Of a stretch of DNA of 64,000 nucleotides, positions 25,803 to 39,871 are shown piece by piece. How positions within the stretch are numbered: position 1 is the first letter of the stretch; every line of letters begins with the position of its first letter. The notes under the pieces were generated by a model. That model was given only the letters and a program-made list of their open reading frames with translations, searched no databases and was not told the origin of the DNA. The translations under genes were made by a program, and so were the position numbers. Source of the DNA: Octopus vulgaris (Eukaryota); assembly GCA_951406725.2 (NCBI GenBank), contig OX597818.1:124000001-124064000 (forward strand), given 5' to 3'.

Positions 25803-26223
25803 TTGAAGTAAAAATAAATAACATACATAGCTTCGTTTTGGTGGAGGAAGAAATATTCAATATTTCATGAATTTGCCACAAAGACCGCTTATGATTTTCC
25901 AAAGAATATTGATATTTTAGCTTCCTATTTTTTAGTGAGTTAGTGTTTTAGTTACAAGTGTGAATATTTATTTAAGTGAATTATTATTGTCTAATATGTG
26001 CCGATATATTGAAGGAAGACAACTGAAAATTTTTTTAATTATATTTTAATTTTTATCATATCTTTATACATTATATTTTAATCATATCTTAGTTTATGAA
26101 TATGAGTGTTTAGGTACTTGAATGCATTATTCAAGTGAAATATATTTGTCAATCAATTGTGGATATATTGACAGAAAATTGCATATTTATAACTATCAAT
26201 TTATAACTGTTTATATTAGTTAC

Positions 26224-26645
26224 TCTTTACTCTTTTATTCTTTTACTTGTTTCAGTCATTTTGACTGCGGCCATGCTGGAGCACCACTTTTAGTCGAGCA
26301 AATCGACCCCGGGACTTATTCTTTCTAAGCCCAGTACTTATTCTATCGGTCCCTTTTGCCGAACCGCTAAGTGACGGGGACGTAAACACACGAGCATCAT
26401 TTGTCAAGCAATGCTAGGGGGACAAACACAGACACACAAACATATACACACACATACATATATATATATATACATATATATACGACAGGCTTCTTTCAGT
26501 TTCCGTCTACCAAATCCACTCACAAGGCATTGGTCGGCCCGGGGCTATAGCAGAAGACACTTGCCCAAGATGCCACACAGTGGGACTGAACCCGGAACCA
26601 TGTGGTTGGTTAGCAAGCTACTTACCACACAGCCACTCCTGCGCC
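26224..26645 (-). mobile_element. Family A SINE, full length
   Basis: Reverse complement of the full consensus. Confidence 0.85.
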
Positions 26646-26859
26646 TAGTATAATCCCGTATATCATTCGCGCTCTGAATCATTCTGGCATCAAATATTGT
26701 GATTTGTGTGTACTCTTTTTGTAACAAAGAATCTGAAATTTCAATGTATTATATTTCATATTATTTTAATCTACCTATTGATATAAATAGGGGGTAGCTC
26801 ATTTTGGAGTGGGACAGTATCGTCTGGAGTTTGGATAGCCATGGATATTTTTGTATGAT

Positions 26860-27282
26860 TGGCACCCATACCAACCGGGCACCCATGCCAACCCCACTTT
26901 GCTTGCGAAGACATGTTGGGGCAAGCGAAAGCGAAATCGAATTGAACCAGCCAGGATCCCTCATCTGGTGGTACGTAAAAAGCACTATCCGACTCGTGGC
27001 CGATGCCAGCGCCGCCTCGACTGGCTTCCGTGCCGGTGGCACATAAAATACACCAATCCGACCGTGGCCGTTGCCAGCCTCGCCTGGCACCTGTGCAGTG
27101 GCACGTAAAGCACCCACTACACTCACGGAGTGGTTGGCGTTAGGAAGGGCATCCAGCTGTAGAAACATTGCCAGATAAGACTGGAACCTGGTGCAGCCTT
27201 CTGGCTTCCCAGATCTCCGGTCGAACCGTCCAACCCATGCTAGCATGGAGAACGGACGTTAAACGATGATGATGATGATGAT
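26860..27282 (+). mobile_element. Family C SINE, little decayed
   Basis: CpG-intact core ggcgttaggaagggcatccagctg and a (gat)n tail. Confidence 0.8.
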
Positions 27283-27694
27283 GGCGTAACTTGTTATTTC
27301 AGATAAGTACACTTGTGATAGGTTGATGATAAATAATTACAGCCCTAAAACCATTACAGCCTCTTAAGATCAGTCTTCTTCATCACTTCATCCCAACTCT
27401 CCTTAGATCTCCCTCTTCCACAGACTATAATTGCTTGAAGCATTCATTTCATCTTCATACAACTGACATCATCCATACACACCACATGCACAGAGCAGTG
27501 CAGTTTGCTCTATACATCCGATTCCTTTTATATCCAGCTGTTCTCTCAGCTCATTTGTCCTCTTTCAATCATATATGCTAATATCATTCATCTAGCAATG
27601 CCTGCTTGCTTCATTTTTGTCTACATAAAAAAGAAAAGGAACTGAAACAATTTTACATTCTTGTTATTGTAGAACAGAGGTTCCTGATCATTTT

Positions 27695-28078
27695 TTACCT
27701 CTGCCAAAGAAGGTGGTTATGTTTTTATCAGTGTTGGTTTGTCTGTCTGTCTACCTGTGTGCAAAATAACTCAAAATGTTGTGAACGGTATTTAATGAAA
27801 CTTGCAGGAAAAGTTGGTAATGACACAAAGAACAGATGAAGAAATTTTGGTAGTAATCCGGGAATTTTTATGGATTCCTGAAGGATCTTTCTTTTGTAAT
27901 ATTTACTTTACATGAAATATTACAATGTTACGTTCTTTGATTATCTCCCTTGAAAACACGTTCATCGTTTCCACATAACCTATGGTGGTGTTGCTGTTTC
28001 CAAAGTTTATTTTTGTTTCTCTATTAGTAATTTTACTCGCGTATCTATCTTAAAATGAGCTGCTTGGTAGAGGTCTGT
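27695..28078. mobile_element. Helentron-associated (HINE-like) element
   Basis: ttacctctgccaa...gtttgtctgtctgtc...cttggtagaggtctg, with subterminal inverted motifs and a GTCT microsatellite. Confidence 0.5.
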
Positions 28079-28079
28079 G

Positions 28080-28570
28080 GAGGATGATATGACAAGCCTT
28101 GACTATTGGGATTGACTCAAAAAGCTCAGGCTTTGCTCCCTTCACCACTGCCGTGAGCTCTGTATCTTCTGTATGATGTGGAAAATATTCCATCAACATT
28201 GCCCATCTTTAAAATTCGCCTGAGGCTTGACCCCTGTGCTATCCGTCCACTACAGAAATGTTCGTGTCGTATCACAACACTATGACAGAACTATTTCACT
28301 TCAATTGGCCCTGCTCTCTTCAACATTGTGCCAGACACACATAAAGGAGGAAAGTGACTTCACAGTATTCAAACGATCCCTAGATGATTACCCCCAACAA
28401 ATACCAGATAAACCACCAACACCCAGATATGTCTCTGAAAATAATAACCCTCCGCTTGAATGGGCTATGGTTCCCCAGAGCTGACTGTGTACCTCTTCCA
28501 GGTGGTGCTATTAAATTAGACATGTCCTGAGTCAACTTTGGCCGAAACTTATCTAAGTAATCTAATCTAT
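28080..28570 (+). mobile_element. LINE (CR1/L2-like) 3' fragment
   Basis: Degraded ORF2 C-terminus (RLKKLRLCSL...; FTVFKRSLDDYPQQIPDKP) and a short tandem tail. Confidence 0.6.
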
Positions 28571-29664
28571 GCTGTAACCTTTTAATCAGAGCATGACAAC
28601 GTGGGTAGAGGCTGATATCTTAACATTTCTGATGGTCTTAAGAATAAAAAAAAAATTATCAAAGATTTATATAGAACTACATTCAGAGTATGTCTAAAAG
28701 CTATTGTGTTTAGACCTGGTTTCTATCCTCAAACTGTTCCTTTATAAAGAACTCTGAAATTAGAAAAAATCAAAAATCTGAAACAATCTTGGTTCCATGA
28801 GTATCTGATTGTGGTGATCGTAGTTTTGATGGTGATTGTGGTGATCGTAATTTTGACGATGATTGTGATGAAAACAGATACAGTGTTGATGATGACGAAG
28901 GTCGAGATAAGTATAGGAGGAGGATAAAATAGTGTTGGTGGTTATAATGGCAACAGGAGTGGTGTGATGTGTGATGCTGAGGTAACAGTGGTAACAGTGG
29001 TGTTGATGATAGTTTTAGTTGTGTGATGGTGGTGAAAGTGACTGTGTTATTTTTTTTTTACCCCCTCCAAGGAGATTATGTTGTTGCCATCATTGGTTTG
29101 GGAAATTGGGCAATTTTCAGCATGCATGTATATGGGTGGAAATGAGCTGCTTGGCGGAGGTCTGCACTCTCCGAGTACTTTTCTAGTTTTATCTATGTTT
29201 TATTCTGATGGACCCCCATAGCCATTTAGTGTTTAAAAACTATTTATAGAAACTTCTTTTCAAAATTCCTATTTTGTTTTTCACACATTAACTTGTGTAG
29301 GTTGAACTATGTAAAATATTAGAGAAAGAAACCTAGCTATTTCTTGCAATACATACATCTAAAGCAATTTTTTTTCAGGGGCCCTTAATATACTATTGTG
29401 GAACCCCAATTTACTATTTTGTTACATGGACCCCCACAAAGATCTTATATGGACCCCAGCTGATAACGACTGTTGTTGAAGAAAGAAATAGAAACATTTT
29501 TATGACTTAGGGATCGTCCACTCTGTAAGGAGGTTGGTATTAGGAAAGGCATCCAGCCATAAAAACACTGCCAAAGCAGACAGTGAAGCCTGGTGCAGTC
29601 TTCTGCCTAGTCAGCCCCTGTCAAACTATCTGACCCATGCCAACATGGAAAATAGACTTTAAAG

Positions 29665-29920
29665 TGATGATGATGAGGAGGAGGGGGAGGAAGAAGAAGC
29701 AGAAAAGAGGAAGAGGAGAAGTAGGAGGATGAGGTGGAGGAGGAAGAGGAGAAGGAAGAGGAGGAGGAAGAAGCAGAGAAGAGGAGAAGGAAGAGGAGAA
29801 GGAAGAGGAGGAAGAAGAAGCAGAGAAGAGGAGAAGGAAGAGGAGGAGAAGTAGGAAGAGGAGGTGGAGGAGGAAGAGATGGAGGAGGAAGAGGAGAAGG
29901 AAGAGGAGGATGATGATCAT
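29665..29920. repeat. (GAG/GAA)n purine-rich trinucleotide tract
   Basis: Seen directly. It follows a family C SINE tail at 29515-29675. Confidence 0.9.
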
Positions 29921-30650
29921 TCAAGGTCCATGTCCTATTACCATGTTTTATTGCACTTTGTATACAAGCATCATATACTCTGCTCTTTATGCTTACAGAA
30001 AAATTCTTTGTTTCCATCTAATCCTTACTCTGGCTACTCTGCTTTTGGAAGATCATACCACTGCTAATTAAGTCATATGGCTTACTGGTCTCTGACCTTT
30101 TTGGAGCACCACAATTTGGCTATAATAAGCAAGACAGTTTTTTTTTATGCAGACTGGGTGATCAGGTACATAACAAAACACAAAATGCTGCATAAAATAC
30201 AATTTAATTATATATATATATATATATATAATTTACAAAATTAGGGCAAAAGAAAAATTCTAATGCCAAATATGCCGAAAAAAAGACAAAAATTGTCAAT
30301 AACCATTATAATTTATGCGTCTTGAAACAAACTGATAGACATTTCTAAACAATTCGTTATTACCGAAATTGGTAAAAGAGACCGATAGAATAAGTACTAA
30401 AGGCGGTGCTCCAGCATGGCCGCAGTCAAATGACTGAAACAAGTAAAAGAGTAAAAGAGAAAAAGAGAGTAACCATTATAATTTATGCGTCTCGAAACAA
30501 ACCGATAGAAATTTCTAAACAATTCGTTTTTTACCGAAATTGGTCCCAATTTCAGGGTTAATTAATAAGAATTTAACCTTTAAAGGTATTTTTTGATATG
30601 CTGGCCATGGATAAAAATTTTTTCCCGAAAAAAATTTTATCCTACATTAG

Positions 30651-30756
<106 letters not shown>

Positions 30757-31094
30757 CATATATATATTATTCATGCACTATGCTTGTCTCTCTCCCCACC
30801 CCCTGCTCCTGCAGCCCAATGATACTTTTTTTTTTTATCCCTCTCTCTCTTCTCCTCCTGCTGTCAACTGTACCATTTGCTATCTTGCTACGCCCCTATA
30901 CATCTGTGTTCACCACTTCCTGCACTCCCCCTTTTCCTACCCTCTCCTATTTTGCACTTTGTTGAACTCCCTTGCTTACTCACCCTGTTCAATTAATCCT
31001 ACACCTACTACTCCACTTACATTCACCTCCCTATACCTGATTATTCCAGAAATAATGTTAAATATCTTCAAAAAGAAACAAAAAAACAAAATTC

Positions 31095-31319
31095 TCTTTT
31101 TATTCTTTTATTTGTTTCAGTCATATAATTGTGACCATGCTGGAGCACTGCCTTAAAGGGTTTTTTTTTTTTTTTTTTAATTGAAGAAATCAACCCCAGG
31201 GCTAATTCTTTGTAAGCCTAGTATTTATTCTGTCGGTCCCTTTTGCTGAACACCAAGTTACAAGGGCATAAACACACTAGTATTGGTTGTCAAGTGATGG
31301 TGAGTAGACAAAAACAGAA

Positions 31320-31361
<42 letters not shown>

Positions 31362-31428
31362 TCTCAGTGGTTTTTCAGCATGCCGGACACCATCCCGGAA
31401 ATTCTGCGTACCCGTGCTAACATTTGTA

Positions 31429-31465
<37 letters not shown>

Positions 31466-31664
31466 AGTTAATCCAAACAAGAAAGCACAAAAAAACACAA
31501 CAATGCGAGGACGTGGAACAAATATAGTATTATTGGACGCTCAGGAAAGAAGGAAAGAAGGAGGGTATATATGTATATATATATATATATATATATACAT
31601 ATATACATGTATACACACTCACATATATACATGTATCTGTAAATATATGTATATATGTGTGTAA

Positions 31665-31697
<33 letters not shown>

Positions 31698-31708
31698 CAG
31701 ACACATAC

Positions 31709-31742
<34 letters not shown>

Positions 31743-32312
31743 CATATAAAATTAAATAAGGGTAGAAATTGATATTAATCAATTAAAACCAGTGGCCTAG
31801 CATATTTAAAAAGTCCGAAGATTAAAAATATTTTTACATACAAAATTTAGAGGATTGACCACTAAAAGTGGACAGCCTGTATGCTAGATATAGACGTCAA
31901 AATCGCCATTTTCCACAGAGAATGTGTTCTCAAGAAAAAAATTGAGCAAAAAACCAAAGCGTAAAAATTTTATTTTGTGTATTTTCATTTGTTATGCTTA
32001 CTTTTACGCTTTGGTTTTTTGCTCAATTTTTTCTTGAGAACACATTCTCCGTGGAAAATGGCGATTTTGACATCTATATCTAGCATACAGTCTGTCCACT
32101 TTTAGTGGTCAATCCTCTAAATTTTATATATATCATATACATATAAATGACAGTCTTCTTTCAGTTTCTGTCTACCAAAACCACTCACAAGGATTTGGTC
32201 AGCCCAAGATTATAGTAGAAGACACTTGTCCAAGGTGCCCATGCAGTGGGACTGAACCTGGTGCTAAGTGGTTGGGAAGCAAGCTTCTTACCACACAGCC
32301 ATGCCTGTGCCT
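31095..32312 (-). mobile_element. Old family A SINE split by ~830 bp of inserts in its central (TA)n
   Basis: The tail half at 31095-31320 and the head half at 32148-32312 are collinear on the minus strand. Confidence 0.7.
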
Positions 32313-32329
32313 GTATTGGTATACTGTTA

Positions 32330-32527
32330 TCACGCTGGGCGAAATGCTTAGAGGTATTTCGTCTGCCGTTACGTTCTGGGTTCAAATTCCGCCGAAGTCG
32401 ACTTTGCCTTTCATCCTTTCGGGGTCGATAAATTAAGTACCAGTTGCGCACTGGGGTCGATGTAATCAACTTAATCCGTTTGTCTGTCCTCTCTGTGTTT
32501 AGCCCCTTGTGGGTAGTAAAGAAATAT
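32330..32527 (+). mobile_element. Family B SINE
   Basis: Core and tail match. Confidence 0.8.
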
Positions 32528-32983
32528 ATATTGGTATATTCTACAAATCACATTGCTTCAATAATTTTGACATGTCTCAACAAGAAATAGTTTCAAACGT
32601 GACATCCCTCAACAAAAGATAGTTTCGTTTATAAAACTGATTTCTTCAGTTAAGGCTAATAAAATTTTAAGTGGATATATCTGATTTACGTAGTAAAACG
32701 GTTAAGCATGGAAAACAATTGCAAAATAACCACAAATCTGCCTTCAATTTAACAGATTATTAATAGGCACACCTTCCTTGTTGTTAGTTCTTTAAATCTA
32801 GGGTTTAGAGTTTACTATGTGTGTATCTATGTGCGTGTGCATGTGTGTGTGTGGGTGTGTGTGTGTGAATGAGTGTATGTGATGTGGACATGCATGTGTA
32901 TATATGTATACACACTCACATATATACATGTATCTGTAAATATATGTATATATGTGTGTAAATATATATATATTGTACATACT

Positions 32984-33047
<64 letters not shown>

Positions 33048-33056
<9 letters not shown>

Positions 33057-33444
33057 TAAGAGAGTGGTCACTATATTGATCATAGCACCAGTTAATCCAA
33101 AAGGTTTCAACCACGAAAAATACATGTTTCCCATGAAAGCCAGTACGACTGTTAGCTCACACGGACAGGGCAAATAAAAAATAACAAAAATACAGATTAT
33201 TTTGGGACAATTGTTTCGCTATTAATGAATTAAATGTAATATATTAAATGTAATATATTAAATGTAATAGCGAAACAATTGTCCCAAAATAATCTGTATT
33301 TTTGTTATTTTTTATTTGCCCTGTCCGTGTGAGCTAACAGTCGTACTGGCTTTCATGGGAAACATGTATTTTTCGTGGTTGAAACCTTTTGGATTAACTG
33401 GTGCTAGGGTGATCAATATAGTGACCACTCTCTTATATTTATTT
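33048..33444. repeat. Near-perfect fold-back palindrome, ~175-bp arms, PLE pLTR-derived
   Basis: 33048-33224 is the reverse complement of 33265-33444. The arms include GAAAC-AATT-GTC. Confidence 0.9.
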
Positions 33445-33578
33445 TGTGAAAATATTATAATATGTTATAAAATATTATAATAATCCAGGTTTCTCGTAGC
33501 ACTAGGCCACTTGGTGTGGAATAAATATACTATTAAATTAGTATCTAATTCTCTCACCCTTATTAATTAATTATATAC

Positions 33579-33633
<55 letters not shown>

Positions 33634-33634
33634 C

Positions 33635-33669
<35 letters not shown>

Positions 33670-33670
33670 C

Positions 33671-33773
<103 letters not shown>

Positions 33774-34219
33774 AACACACACACATATATATATATACAT
33801 ATATATATTAAATTAGAGATAAAACCATTATTAGGCAAATCAAACAGTGAAAAACATAAACCAAAACATAGAAATAAATTTAATTAATATAATATACAAA
33901 ATATATAAAATATAATATTCAAAATTTAAATTATTTAGATTAAAAGTTAAAAATTAAAAAAAAATTTAAATATTAATTTATACTTATAAATTTATATATA
34001 TATATATATATATATTATTATTTTTATTTATATTTTTATTTTTATTTTTTTTTTTATTTTTTATTTATTTAATTATATTTATTTATTTAAATTTATCTAA
34101 ATTTCTTTTTTTTATTATTTAAATTTATGGATATACATATATACATATACACACATACATATATATAAATAGTCCTCTATTTACCTAATATCAAGGTCTC
34201 ATTCTTTTGTTGTCACTTT

Positions 34220-34332
<113 letters not shown>

Positions 34333-34350
34333 TATGTATATATATGTATG

Positions 34351-34409
<59 letters not shown>

Positions 34410-35119
34410 AACAAAAGAACGAGACCTTGATATTAGGTAAATAGAGGACTATTTATATATATGTAGGTGTGTATATGTATATATGTATATGTGTGTGCAT
34501 ATGTAAAATTTACACACCACATACACAAAGAGATCAAAATAGACGTGTGTGTGAACACATAAATAACTATATGTGTAATATGGCTTATTCATCTGCTTGT
34601 TTCTTTTCTTTTCTTTTCTTTCATTTTTTTTTCGATTTGTCTATTTACATATTTCGGGTGGAAAACATGAAATCACACTTCTAGCAGCCAAAATTCCACA
34701 TGAAAATAATCAATCGCTGGAAACTATATTATCGGTTTCACTCATATGCTCTATGGTTGATTGAATGAATAGTTTAATGATGACGGGGTAGGTGACGGAG
34801 GTTGTTTGTTGGTTGATTGGTCGGGTGTTTGATTATTGAGAGCGTAAGATAAACTAAAATAAAATAGTCACCAATTTATTCATGCTATTCCCTCCACTGA
34901 CGTAACCATGGTATCATTTTCTTTATATTTAACATTGTGACGTAACATGTTGATACCCAATGGAACAAAGAAAAGTCACCTAGAGCAGCTTTGCATAGCC
35001 ATTGCTAACAGCAGTGAGCCATGAACAACGCCCAATGCTAGCCTTCTGGAGCCGGATGCAGATAGTCGTAGTAGAGTTAACAACCACAGAGCTTGTGTTT
35101 TCATAACACACAGACACAG

Positions 35120-35154
<35 letters not shown>

Positions 35155-35267
35155 AGCATGTGTGTGCATGTGCTACTCTATTTCACATACATAGAAATAT
35201 CTAAATATGTCTTAGATGAAAATATGAAATACATACATAAATACATACATACATACATACATACACT

Positions 35268-35307
<40 letters not shown>

Positions 35308-35352
35308 CAGATAGATAGATAGATAGATAGATAGACAGATAGATAGATTGAC

Positions 35353-35388
<36 letters not shown>

Positions 35389-35436
35389 TGACAGAGAGAC
35401 AAACAAACAGACAGATAGTGATAGAGGTGCAAATAG

Positions 35437-35475
<39 letters not shown>

Positions 35476-35595
35476 ATATATATATGTATATTATATATGT
35501 GTATATATATTTATATATATTATATGTATGTATATATATATATATTTATATACATATACACACGTATCTATCTATCTATCTATCTTCTATCTATC

Positions 35596-35661
<66 letters not shown>

Positions 35662-36060
35662 CAGCCACTACACATTCTTTCTTTTCTCTCCTTGTTTCTT
35701 TCTGTGTTCCTGTCTGTGGAAGAGTGTTGGCTCGAAACGTTAAAGACTTTTTCACTTCCCGAGAATTATACTAATACATCTGTTTGTCTTCTACACCACC
35801 TGTCTTCGTCTTTTGTTTTTTTTTTTGTGAATTCTCCCTATCAGGAGTGGCTGTGTGGTAAGTAGCTTGCTTACCAGCCACATGGTTCTGGGTTCAATCC
35901 CACTGTGTGGCACCTTGGGCAGATGTCTTCTACGAAATCCACCCACAAGGCTTTGGTCAGCTCAACACTATAGTAGAAGACACTTGCCCAAGGTGCCACG
36001 CAGTGGGACTGAACCCAGAGCCATGCGGTTGGTAAGCAAGCTACTTACCACACAGCCACT

Positions 36061-36119
<59 letters not shown>

Positions 36120-36395
36120 GAAGCTGGCAAATAACATGACTGCCCAAAATCAAGATCTTTAGTGAAAAACTACTTTATGTATGAATGTACCTGATGTGAC
36201 CCAGACTGCAAGATTGATGCAACATAGTATAAATGGCAGCATCCCACCCACAAAGGATAGTTTCAAGGATGGGTCAAAATGATCGTCGTACAAAATGATG
36301 TGTTATACCAATTCCAATATTCTGTTTCAGCACAATTTCACATCAGGAATCTTACATCATATTTATTTATATACATATATATACATACATACATG

Positions 36396-36433
<38 letters not shown>

Positions 36434-36478
36434 GTTGGTAAGCAAGCTACTTACCACACAGCCACTCCTATATATATA

Positions 36479-37005
<527 letters not shown>

Positions 37006-37018
37006 TCTTTAAGGTTTA

Positions 37019-37250
37019 AGGCGGCGAGCTGGCAGAAATGTTAGCACCCCGGGCGAAATGCGTAGCCGTATTTCGTCCGCCGTTACATTCTGAGTTCAAA
37101 ATCCGCTGAGGTCGACTTTGCCTTTCATCCTTTCGGGGTCGATAAATTAAGTACCAGTTACACACTGGGGTTGATATAATCGACTTAATCTGTTTGTCTG
37201 TCCTTGTTTATCCCCTCTGTGTTTAGCTCCTTGTGGGTAGTAAAGAAATA
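37019..37250 (+). mobile_element. Family B SINE, full length
   Basis: Matches the family consensus. Confidence 0.85.
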
Positions 37251-37920
37251 TATATATATATGAAGAATAAAATGTTTTGAATGACAACAACAATACACTA
37301 TAATACAAACTATAGACTATAATAACTGTTGTAATTTAATTATCCATAGACTATGGATGATTAAATTACAGCAGTTATTATAGACCATTGTTTGTTTTAT
37401 AGTGTATTGTTGTGTAATTCAAAACATTTTATTCTTTACAAACAATATACAATGCTCCAATACTCTCCTATATATATATACATGTGTGTGTGTGTGTGGG
37501 GGGGGGTTAAATAAAATGAGACTACAAAGCCAAGGGCTATGTGGAATTTTCAGGACATTTATAAAAATAAAGTTAGTCTTACAGCCTTCTATAGCACTTA
37601 CAAAGACTTACCTGCCACCTTGGGTCTTCTGCATACCAATACCTCTCTTATATATATATATACCTCTCTTATATATATATATATATATATATAAGAGAGG
37701 TATATATATATATAAGAGAGGTATTGGTATGCAGAAGACCCAAGGTGGCAGGTAAGGCTTTGTAAGTGCTATAGAAGGGCCATAGTTAAACTCTTGGTTC
37801 AATAATAATATGAGTGTGGAGTCTAATGTAGGTCTTGTATGAGCATGTATATGGTAAATAAAAAGAGAAAATAAAGCCATGGTTTTGTGGAATTTTCAGG
37901 ACATTTATAAAAATAAAGTT

Positions 37921-37970
37921 AGTCTTACAGCTGTTTCTGGGACATCAAGGATATCCCTTCATCAGGGATA
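37921..37970 (-). ncRNA. Minimal hammerhead-ribozyme-like motif
   Basis: Minus strand reads CUGAUGA-a-GGGAUA-uccuuga-UGUCCC-a-GAAAC-AGCU-GUA. Stem I is poorly paired. Confidence 0.55.
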
Positions 37971-38671
37971 ATGTGAAATGGTTAAATAGAGGGAAATAGT
38001 AGAGTTCAATATAAGGGGTTATTTCAGAAATGGATGGAAATAAGAAGTATAAAGGGAAATAGGAGAATAACAGTAAAAATAAATAATAGAAAAGATAAAA
38101 AATGTATGTAGGATAGAACTGCAACTATAATATCCTATGTATATTTTTATTTAAAAATTTTTTAAAAATGTTTCCTTTATTCTCTTATTTCCCTTTATCC
38201 TTTTCTGCTGCTTTAAATAAAGTATATATATATATATATATGTATATACATATGTATATGTAAAAAAATACAAACTGGGACAAGAAGGCAAAACATTTAG
38301 AAGATGATACAAAAAACACGGACGGGACATTCGAAGCCTTCAATCTTCTGTCAAGAACCGGATATATATATATACACACACATACATACAAACACACATA
38401 TACATATATATATATATATATAATTATAATAATAAGGGTTTTTGCAACAAGTTGCTTAAACCACATACCGAAAATATTAGAAATAGCAGCCAAAGGACTA
38501 CTATTTTGGCTGCTATTTCTAATATTTTCGCTATGTGGTTTAAGCAACTTGTTGCAAAAAACCCTTATTATTATAATTATATAATTTTTACTGAATATGG
38601 TCCTTTTCCATACCGAAATACTACCAGGAGAAATTTATTGATTTATTAAATTAATTATATTTCCCCCTTTA

Positions 38672-38723
<52 letters not shown>

Positions 38724-38820
38724 CATACACTACATACACCACTACATACACACACACATATAGATATGTGTGTGTGTGCATATGTTTGTATGTATGTATG
38801 TATATATGTTTGTATGTACG

Positions 38821-38874
<54 letters not shown>

Positions 38875-39324
38875 TCCATGAAATACATGAGCAATGATTG
38901 TTCTTCCCTTGTGCAGTAACAAAACAACTTAATGTATAAACTATATGAAGTGTATTGTATTAATTTACCATCTTTTTTTCTTCCCCACAACATGCAATGA
39001 CACATTTTTTAAATTTTACATTTGCTTCTAAATGAGAACTTACTATGTTATGCATAAAAAAAGAAAGAGCCTAAAAAAATCGTATGTGCCTTTATTACCG
39101 GCTTCCTGTGTTATCATTGGTGTCATCTGTTGGTTAATTATCTCATCACAACAGAATGCTGACCTCCTTACTGACTTGATGACAGCAAGATATGATTAAA
39201 TAAGACATGTCACATGAACAACAAGAAGTTGACAAATGATTTAAGATTAAGTCATTAGATGCAATTTTTAATTTGTAGGTTCTCTGCTGAAGGTAACATT
39301 TTGTGCCTGCTATCATCGTTGTTG

Positions 39325-39399
39325 CCATCGTCGTCATCATCATCATCATCATCATCATCGTCGTCGTCGTCGTCGTCGCCGTCGTCATCATCATCATTC

Positions 39400-39441
<42 letters not shown>
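39325..39441. repeat. (CAT/CGT)n trinucleotide repeat
   Basis: Seen directly in the sequence. Confidence 0.95.
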
Positions 39442-39442
<1 letters not shown>

Positions 39443-39871
39443 AATTCACTTTTCAATGATTTAAAGCATATCCTCCAATATTACATCCCTCGGGTTTTAA
39501 TCACATATTTATATGAATGTTACTGCTCTACTTTCTCACAAAATGTTTTTTTTTTTAAATTTTTCTTCTTAAAGCCAAGCAAATGGCATTAATTAGAAAC
39601 CTAGTTGATGAACTCAATTATAACCCCCTATATAAAACAAAAAGAAAGACATTCTGGACTTTTATTTTTTCATGAGTAAAGTAAGTGCAAAGCCCCTACG
39701 GCCTATGATCAGATGTAGAAACTTAATCTTGTTCATCAAGAACTCAACTGTGTGTATAGAAATAGGCCTGGTAGAACTAGCCACTGAGTATCTGCTTGCT
39801 GGTTTATTATGGTAGTCACAAAGAAAGATGTAGTTGATAAAGGGGAATATTTGACAATATTCCTGCCAGTT

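Noticed and set aside
29607-30067. Poly-Pro/Ser/Glu ORFs
   Set aside because: They derive from a GAG/GAA simple repeat adjoining a SINE tail.
39146-39449. Poly-Met/Asp/Ser ORFs
   Set aside because: They derive from a (CAT)n repeat.
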